DNA of 62,162 nucleotides from a virus (Duplodnaviria; Caudoviricetes): IMG/VR virus record IMGVR_UViG_3300031576_000512, positions 1 to 62,162 of that record; one strand, 5' to 3'. Shown piece by piece: positions 56,320 to 62,162 of this stretch (position 1 is its first letter; each line of letters starts with the position of its first letter). The notes under the pieces were generated by a model. It saw only the letters and a program-made list of their open reading frames with translations, ran no database searches and was not told where the DNA came from. The position numbers and the translations under genes were made by a program.

Positions 56320-58206
56320 ATGCTCCACACAACTGCCGGTCAACTTGCCATCAACGAACTTCTTCCGGATGAGCTGCGCGACCATAAGCGCATCCTCGAC
56401 AAGAAGGGCATTCAGCAGCTCCTCCAGACTGTTGCCGAGAAGCACCCGGACAAGTACCGTGACATTGCTCACGGCCTTTCTAAGATCGGCTACCAGTCGG
56501 CTTATTACACAGGCGGCCACAGTTTCGACCATGTGCATCTGCGGCCGTCAGTTGCAGGTTTGAAGATGCGCGAAGAGATCATGCGGAAGGTCGATCAGAT
56601 CTACGCTGATCCGAATTTGGATGACAAGGCCAAAGAACACAAAGTGGTGGAGGAGACGCTCAAGTACACCAAGCCGATGGAAGATGCAATCTTCAAGGAA
56701 AGCACAGCCGAGAATAATCCTTTAGCACACCAGGTCATCTCAGGTGCTCGTGGCAGTCCATCGAACCTCAAGTCGCTGCGTGGTTCAGATCTGCTCTATG
56801 TCGATCACAAGGAAAACCCAATTCCGGTCCCGATCCTGCGCAGTTACTCCGAAGGGCTTCGTCCGGTTGAATACTATGCCGGCACCTTTGGTGCTCGGAA
56901 GGGTGTCATGGACACCAAGTTTGCCACTCAGGATGCCGGTGCGCTATCGAAGCAATTCAATCAGGTTGCTCATCGCCTCATCGTCACTAAACACGATCAC
57001 GACGATCCCACCAAGCATGCTAATCAGGGCCTGCCGGTCAACCTTGATGATCCTGATAATGAAGGTGCTCTGCTGGCTTTTCCGATTGGCGGGTATCCTC
57101 GCAACACCATCCTGCGGCCGAAGATTATTTCGCATTTGAACAGCCTTGGCGTCAAACGGATTGTTGTCCGCAGTCCAATCACTACTGGCCCGATGGATGG
57201 TGGTCTGTACGGTCGTGATGTTGGCGTGCGTGAGCGTGGCGGCATCTCACCACAGGGAGACAACATTGGTATCGCAGCTGCTCAGGCTCTTTCCGAGCCT
57301 CTGGCTCAGGCTCAGCTTAGCTCGAAGCACTCTGGTGGTGTTGTCGGCGCAGCTAAGGGTGTCAGTGGCTTCAAGCTCATCAATCAGTTGACTCAGGTGC
57401 CCAAGACATTCAAAGGTGGGGCGGCTCATGCTCAGCTCGATGGCCGGGTAGGCGACATTGAGGATGCACCACAAGGCGGTCACTACATCGCAATTGGTGG
57501 CCAACGGCATTACGTTGGCACTGACTATGACCCTCTGGTTAAACGTGGTGATGAAGTTGAGGCTGGCGATGTGATCTCCGATGGCATCCCTAACCCAGCG
57601 GAGATTGTTCGACATAAAGGCATCGGCGAAGGCCGCCGGTACTTCGTGAACTCGTTCCGTCAAGCCTACAAGGATTCGGGCTTGCCACATCATCGTCGCA
57701 ACATTGAGATCATGGCACGTGGGCTTATCGATCACGTCAAATTGACTGAGGAACATGGTCAGTACGTCCCGGGCGATGTTGTTCCTTACAATCGTCTGGA
57801 GCACACATATCAGCCACGCGACGGACATCAAGTCATGGAACCCAAGCGTGCGGTAGGTATGTACTTGGAGAAGCCGGTACTGCATTATTCAATCGGCACC
57901 AGGATTCGGCCCAGCACATTGAACGATTTGAACGAGTTTGGTGTCAATAAAGTTGCCGTTCACAAAGACCCGCCTCCTTTCGAGCCAGAGATGATCCGTG
58001 GAATGGAGAACCTCAGTCACGACCCGGACTGGATGGTTAGATTCCTGGGCTCCTACCAGGAGAAGAATCTTTTGCGGGGCGTGCATCGTGGTGCGGTCAG
58101 TGATGAGAAGGGCACCAGTTATGTGCCGGCCCTGGCACATGCCGTTGACTTTGGCAAGGTTGGCCCAGTCAAGCCATGGAAGCCAAGCTCCATCTTCAAG
58201 ACTTGA
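56320..58206 (+). CDS. RNA polymerase beta' subunit, C-terminal part
   Basis: TTAGQ, SGARGS, EGL..EY...GARKG..DT..T.DAG (bridge helix), GIAAAQALSEP..Q...SKHSGG (trigger loop). Confidence 0.93.
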   Translation: MLHTTAGQLAINELLPDELRDHKRILDKKGIQQLLQTVAEKHPDKYRDIAHGLSKIGYQSAYYTGGHSFDHVHLRPSVAGLKMREEIMRKVDQIYADPNLDDKAKEHKVVEETLKYTKPMEDAIFKESTAENNPLAHQVISGARGSPSNLKSLRGSDLLYVDHKENPIPVPILRSYSEGLRPVEYYAGTFGARKGVMDTKFATQDAGALSKQFNQVAHRLIVTKHDHDDPTKHANQGLPVNLDDPDNEGALLAFPIGGYPRNTILRPKIISHLNSLGVKRIVVRSPITTGPMDGGLYGRDVGVRERGGISPQGDNIGIAAAQALSEPLAQAQLSSKHSGGVVGAAKGVSGFKLINQLTQVPKTFKGGAAHAQLDGRVGDIEDAPQGGHYIAIGGQRHYVGTDYDPLVKRGDEVEAGDVISDGIPNPAEIVRHKGIGEGRRYFVNSFRQAYKDSGLPHHRRNIEIMARGLIDHVKLTEEHGQYVPGDVVPYNRLEHTYQPRDGHQVMEPKRAVGMYLEKPVLHYSIGTRIRPSTLNDLNEFGVNKVAVHKDPPPFEPEMIRGMENLSHDPDWMVRFLGSYQEKNLLRGVHRGAVSDEKGTSYVPALAHAVDFGKVGPVKPWKPSSIFKT

Positions 58207-58216
58207 GAGGTACTTC

Positions 58217-58546
58217 ATGCTCCTCATCGTGATAGCGATTGCGGCTGCAGCTCTTGCGTTCTTCGGGGCGTATCTGAGTTATTGCAAGTCTGAGTCGTCA
58301 GCTTTCCTCTTCTTTATGTCGCTGACGTCGTTGGCGATGGGGCTCTTATGGGCAATCCTCGTGCGGCAGCTTTCTGGTAACAAGAGCGCTATCATGGCGG
58401 CCAGCCTCATCTGGGACATTGCCGTCGTTGTCATCTACGGCGTCTTCCCTTTATTCTTGAGTTATCGACCGAATGGATGGTTGGTTGCAGGATTTGTCTT
58501 TGGACTGCTCAGTATCACATGTCTCCAGTTCGGTGTCGAAAGGTAG
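58217..58546 (+). CDS. Four-TM small membrane protein (SMR/DMT-like)
   Basis: Four hydrophobic helices in 109 aa; ends in TAG. Confidence 0.65.
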   Translation: MLLIVIAIAAAALAFFGAYLSYCKSESSAFLFFMSLTSLAMGLLWAILVRQLSGNKSAIMAASLIWDIAVVVIYGVFPLFLSYRPNGWLVAGFVFGLLSITCLQFGVER

Positions 58547-58553
58547 TTTGGTG

Positions 58554-58582
58554 TTGACAGACGTATATCATGACTTCACAAT
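58554..58582 (+). promoter_or_regulatory. Sigma70-like promoter
   Basis: TTGACA-N17-CACAAT in intergenic DNA. Confidence 0.45.
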
Positions 58583-58728
58583 CAAGTTGGTTCTTGGTTT
58601 CTGGTTCTGCCTGGCTGATGGGAATGGAATGCGAGCACCCATCATCCAGGCATTTTTCCTCTAAAATTCTCTATGGAACGTGTCATTATTAAACGGCCGC
58701 ATTATTCGCCAGAATGGCGAAATTTGTA

Positions 58729-58907
58729 CCGCTCCTAGTCTAATGGTAAAACCTCCGAGGAGTTTGCTAGAAGCTAGGGATAGCTCAATCCCATAGTGGA
58801 AGCGCGAAGGGTGACCGAAGTAGCCTGGTAGAGCACCAGGATGAAAAGGTCCTTTGTGCCAAGTCAGACAAATCGGATGATTCCAGGTTCGAGTCCTGGG
58901 GAGCGGT
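58729..58907 (+). ncRNA. tRNA-like RNA with a 114-nt structured insertion in place of the anticodon loop
   Basis: CCGCTCC/GGAGCGG, D loop AATGGTA, TCCGA/TCGGA, CCAGG-TTCGAGT-CCTGG. Confidence 0.8.
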
Positions 58908-58911
58908 CTCA

Positions 58912-59127
58912 ATGGCGCGCAAGGACAAGTTCGATGATGCTCCTAACGTCAAGAGTTATTACGCGCTGTGGGGCAAGCACGAATTTGACACAGATGTTCA
59001 ACGAGACATCTTGCTTCACTTCCTCGCCGACAAGAAGCTGGATGACGAATTTATGAAGTACCTCGACCATCACTTTCCGGAGAATAGGGATGGGGTCAGG
59101 TGTAGAAGGCGAACGAAGGCCCGGTAG
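58912..59127 (+). CDS. Hypothetical protein
   Basis: ORF between the two tRNA elements; stop overlaps tRNA-Asn 5' end. Confidence 0.55.
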   Translation: MARKDKFDDAPNVKSYYALWGKHEFDTDVQRDILLHFLADKKLDDEFMKYLDHHFPENRDGVRCRRRTKAR

Positions 59128-59190
59128 CTCAGTGGGTAGAGCAGCGATCTGTTAAGTCGCAGCGCGTGGGTTCAAGTCCCACCTGGGCCT
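59118..59190 (+). tRNA. tRNA-Asn(GTT)
   Basis: GGCCCGG/CTGGGCC, GCTC-AGTGGGTA-GAGC, GCGAT-CTGTTAA-GTCGC, GTGGG-TTCAAGT-CCCAC. Confidence 0.9.
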
Positions 59191-59242
59191 CTCAAGGCGA
59201 GCAATGATGCTCGCCTTTCTTTTTGCCGGAGGGAGGAGCATC

Positions 59243-59722
59243 ATGCCTATCGATCCGAGTGCAAATGTTGGAGACTTGGTCGTCTTCAAGACGAAGCGAG
59301 GCAAGTGGCAGGAGGGATGGTCTGTCACTGAAGTCAGAAAGAATACATACGGTGCAACGGCAGAGATCGTTGCTGCAAAAGGTAAGAGTCAGAAGACTCT
59401 GGACCTCTTTGGAGACAGCGCCATCGTCTACATCTTGCCGCCGAAAGGCGAAGCCCCTGCATATGACGACATCCTTGAGGACTACCCCAATCTCCTGCTC
59501 GTTCGTCGTCGATGCTGTGCAAATCCCACTTACATGTTGCTCTGCACTCGTTGTTGGGCAACTCTTGATGTCGAGCAAACCTACACGGAATGCTCGGAGC
59601 TAGAGCTCTGGAATGGTCGTGTCGTAACCAGCAAGCCCTGCATCGACGACGGTTACGAGAAGGTTCACTGCGATTGCAAAGGCAACAAGGGCATCTACGA
59701 CATCGAGTTCGACCCCTACTAG
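59243..59722 (+). CDS. Hypothetical protein
   Basis: SD GGAGGAG; Cys-rich C-terminus; ends in TAG. Confidence 0.7.
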   Translation: MPIDPSANVGDLVVFKTKRGKWQEGWSVTEVRKNTYGATAEIVAAKGKSQKTLDLFGDSAIVYILPPKGEAPAYDDILEDYPNLLLVRRRCCANPTYMLLCTRCWATLDVEQTYTECSELELWNGRVVTSKPCIDDGYEKVHCDCKGNKGIYDIEFDPY

Positions 59723-59837
59723 GGAATCACCATAAAAGCGCCCACCAAAGGAGATCAGATTCAAATGGGAACGGATCTGATCGGGACGATCATGGGAGAT
59801 CGTCTCAGTCGTCAACCTGAACCTGGAGGTTCAACCA

Positions 59838-60059
59838 ATGTCTCAACCAAGTTGCCTGTACTGTCCAAATCTTGTCATTCGCGATGGTTGCGTTTGTCGT
59901 GACTGTCTTGAAGATGGGATTGCACCGGCATCTGGTCCGCCTATGCGCGAAGTCGCGATGGAGAAGCCCTATTTCGATAGGTTTGTTTCTCGCTGCTTCG
60001 TGGAGACTGAACTCAGTGTGCAGATGTATCACGGACCTGGTGTTCGTGACGACGTCTGA
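59838..60059 (+). CDS. Small Zn-binding protein
   Basis: SD GGAGG; CLYC...CRDC. Confidence 0.6.
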   Translation: MSQPSCLYCPNLVIRDGCVCRDCLEDGIAPASGPPMREVAMEKPYFDRFVSRCFVETELSVQMYHGPGVRDDV

Positions 60060-60173
60060 TCGTTTCCTTCACAAAAGGAGAGGTCCCATAAATATACCCG
60101 TCACGGGTACACGAACTAGATATTTCTACTCATCGAGTTGCAGTTGTCCAAAAATCGAGTGTATCTGCGTTCG

Positions 60174-60740
60174 ATGAGGATTCTCACTAGCGAGAACTGG
60201 CAGATGGCTAGATCAATTCTCAGTGTGTTGTGTGTCCTAGGAAAAGGATGTCCATTTTCGCGTGTTCAGATCGCGTTGATTCTCAGGATTATTGACTCAT
60301 GTCGCAACCGCCTGCATGTGGCTGATGACGCGATTAAGCTTTTGAGCAGGCTGCGAAAGCATCCAAGACTCAAGAATGCGATGAAGGAGTGGTTTGATAA
60401 TCACAACCGTCGTGTGAAAGTCAGACTTTACGATCTCTCTCGCCTATCCAAGTTGATTGGCCTTCTCCACGTTCCATATAGAGATCGTGGACAGTACAAG
60501 ACCATCAAGATCAATCATCGCGTGACGGTTGGCAGCGGTCGCACGAAGAGTCATGGTTGGGTCACCATCCAGCAGATTCAACGTGATGTCAGCCTACAGC
60601 AACAATTGCTGTCTCGTTTGGACATCGACCGAAAAAATGCTAACGATCGGTACGCGCAGACTGATCGGATCTTCAAAGCGAAGTCTCGGTGCTCGAAAGC
60701 TCACCTAGGTCGCAAACCAAACACTTGTGGCCATCCGTGA
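60174..60740 (+). CDS. Basic hypothetical protein
   Basis: ORF track; start uncertain. Confidence 0.5.
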   Translation: MRILTSENWQMARSILSVLCVLGKGCPFSRVQIALILRIIDSCRNRLHVADDAIKLLSRLRKHPRLKNAMKEWFDNHNRRVKVRLYDLSRLSKLIGLLHVPYRDRGQYKTIKINHRVTVGSGRTKSHGWVTIQQIQRDVSLQQQLLSRLDIDRKNANDRYAQTDRIFKAKSRCSKAHLGRKPNTCGHP

Positions 60741-60745
60741 TCAAT

Positions 60746-60781
60746 GTAGGCTACCCGAATTCGGGTAGCCTACTATTTTTC
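60746..60781 (+). terminator. 28-bp perfect palindrome / terminator
   Basis: GTAGGCTACCCG-AATT-CGGGTAGCCTAC then TATTTTT. Confidence 0.7.
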
Positions 60782-60813
60782 TCACCCATCATCATCATCA
60801 AGGAGGTAGTCCG

Positions 60814-61905
60814 ATGCCTGAGACCACCGTGAACAGGTTGGACCCGCAGGCCAATGGCAGCAAAATTCAGGTTGCCACGCCCGACGCGCCAACCAAGCCA
60901 GTTGAGAAGTTCAAGTTTCCTCTCGTCGGTACTGGTCAGCGGTTTGCCGACAGCAGGATCAAACTGATGAAGGCTCACTGCAACTCGATCTTGTGGCCAG
61001 GACCGAATGCGCTGGTCTGCCCAGATAAAGGCTTGGTGCTCGACTGGGTTGTGATGCCAAGCCAGGTGACACCTGAGCTACTCTCCGACAAGAACAACTC
61101 CCGGAATCGCGATTTGACTCCAGCTTCACTTGCAAGACTCATGGAGTCATTCCGGAAGTACGGGTTTGTCCCGACCACTGACTGCATTGGAATTTTCGAG
61201 AATGGATTGCTGGCTAACGGCCAGTATCGCCTGATGGCCATGGCCAAAACTAACACCGACGCTACCGTTGCTGTTCTATGGAATATTCCACTGTCAACGG
61301 CAAAGGTCATGGATATGGGTAAGGCCAGGTCGGTGGCTGAAGCCGTGAAGATCGTCTTTCCGAAAATGCGGTGGGTGAGTAACGGTGTTGCTGGCACTGC
61401 CAATCGCATGCACCTGGGGACCTATGTCGGTGGTGGTGGCGACAAAAACAGCAAAGGCACACAGAGAAGTTCAAGGATGTCAGATCCAGATGAGATGCAC
61501 GCCTTCCTCAAGGCTCACAGTCGGGTGATCCAGCAGGTCTACGGCATCTTCTCCGGCCACAAAGCTGGCATCACTTCTGCTGGACCACTCTCAGCGATGT
61601 GCGTAGCAGCGTATCACCTGCCACCAAAACAGCTGGAGAAGTTTGCCAACATCCTCTACACCGGCGATGACCACGGCTGTACTCACGAGGGTGTTAAGGC
61701 GGTCACCTCTCTGCGCCGTTTCATCTTTCGGGTGCGAGGAGAGGATAAGTACAAGGCTGGTCGCGCTGCTGGTACGGCAGGCATGTACATCCTCACTCAG
61801 CGTGTCATTCAGGCATTCATCGACCAGCAATCTCTCACCGTCAACTTGAGATTTGCTCTGAATCTCATTGATAAGAGGGAAGAGGTTTACAGCTTGCCAG
61901 CGTAA
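60814..61905 (+). CDS. ParB/Srx-like N-terminal domain protein
   Basis: SD AAGGAGG; NSRNR, LANGQYRLMA, MDMGKARS. Confidence 0.7.
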   Translation: MPETTVNRLDPQANGSKIQVATPDAPTKPVEKFKFPLVGTGQRFADSRIKLMKAHCNSILWPGPNALVCPDKGLVLDWVVMPSQVTPELLSDKNNSRNRDLTPASLARLMESFRKYGFVPTTDCIGIFENGLLANGQYRLMAMAKTNTDATVAVLWNIPLSTAKVMDMGKARSVAEAVKIVFPKMRWVSNGVAGTANRMHLGTYVGGGGDKNSKGTQRSSRMSDPDEMHAFLKAHSRVIQQVYGIFSGHKAGITSAGPLSAMCVAAYHLPPKQLEKFANILYTGDDHGCTHEGVKAVTSLRRFIFRVRGEDKYKAGRAAGTAGMYILTQRVIQAFIDQQSLTVNLRFALNLIDKREEVYSLPA

Positions 61906-61911
61906 TAACCA

Positions 61912-61956
61912 AAGTCCAGGCCGCCTTCGGGCGGCCTGGACTTGCCCTTTTCTTTT
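61912..61956 (+). terminator. Intrinsic terminator
   Basis: AAGTCCAGGCCGCC-TTCG-GGCGGCCTGGACTT then T-rich tract. Confidence 0.85.
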
Positions 61957-62021
61957 AGCTATCCGCTATAATCCAACGGTAGGGATCGACCAGGAATTCT
62001 TCGGTCCAAGGACGGACGACC

Positions 62022-62162
62022 ATGATCGCAACCGAACCCATTTCGCTTCGCAAGCAATTGCGAGCAGGCAATTTCGATTTCAGCACCACCGGGACATCTC
62101 CTGGCTGGTGGTTGAAATCGGCCGCTCATTGGCGGAACATCTGCCGTGACTGTGCCTTCCAG
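62022..62162 (+). CDS. Hypothetical protein, 3'-partial
   Basis: MIATEPISLRKQ... open to the window end. Confidence 0.4.
   Translation, partial: MIATEPISLRKQLRAGNFDFSTTGTSPGWWLKSAAHWRNICRDCAFQ

Noticed and set aside
58729-58907. tmRNA
   Set aside because: Has a D stem, lacks G3-U70 and a tag ORF, and is too short
59752-59807. Two tandem GATC-rich hairpins
   Set aside because: Modest stems with no recognisable motif; not enough to call an RNA
1-62162. Minus-strand and nested ORFs in the track (for example 8831-9733, 13709-14497, 24436-25185)
   Set aside because: They are shadows of + strand genes that have SD sites and recognisable motifs; none shows a motif of its own
1-62162. Genome-wide TAG recoding (code 15)
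   Set aside because: Long genes are intact under code 11 and several genes end cleanly at TAG; only the Pth-like gene needs read-through
1-62162. CRISPR array or diversity-generating retroelement
   Set aside because: No repeat-spacer series and no reverse transcriptase seen; repeats found are coding low-complexity tracts

Overview
A 62-kb piece of a large (jumbo-type) bacteriophage genome. Every credible gene is on the + strand and tightly packed; I found no CRISPR array, rRNA or transposase. A Zn-ribbon SpoVG, a ClpC N-domain and Tat-signal proteins suggest a Planctomycetota host (inference). Recognisable genes: a bacteria-like multisubunit RNA polymerase built as a beta/beta'-N fusion plus a separate beta'-C subunit, a SNF2-like helicase, a LigD-like phosphoesterase-ligase, a MoxR AAA+/VWA-metallopeptidase module, dihydroorotate dehydrogenase, a LAGLIDADG endonuclease, a PLD nuclease and seven protease domains. 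RNA genes: tRNA-Thr, tRNA-Asn, an amber (CTA) tRNA and two tRNA-like RNAs with enlarged anticodon arms. Best candidate for a new system: a Pth2-like hydrolase gene missed by the ORF track (11361-11768) reads SD-ATG-TTG-TAG, so it needs amber read-through, and it is followed directly by a tRNA-like RNA, a GCCA-ended structured RNA and the amber tRNA. Other leads: about ten proteins divided into modules by an amphipathic helix plus K-x-[A/G/S] motif (candidate packaging/processing signal), a recurrent AGTA-N6-TACT palindrome beside ribosome-binding sites, two large structured non-coding regions, and three C-H-H-C paralogues inside the MoxR/VWA operon. Family calls come from motif recognition by eye, not database searches.
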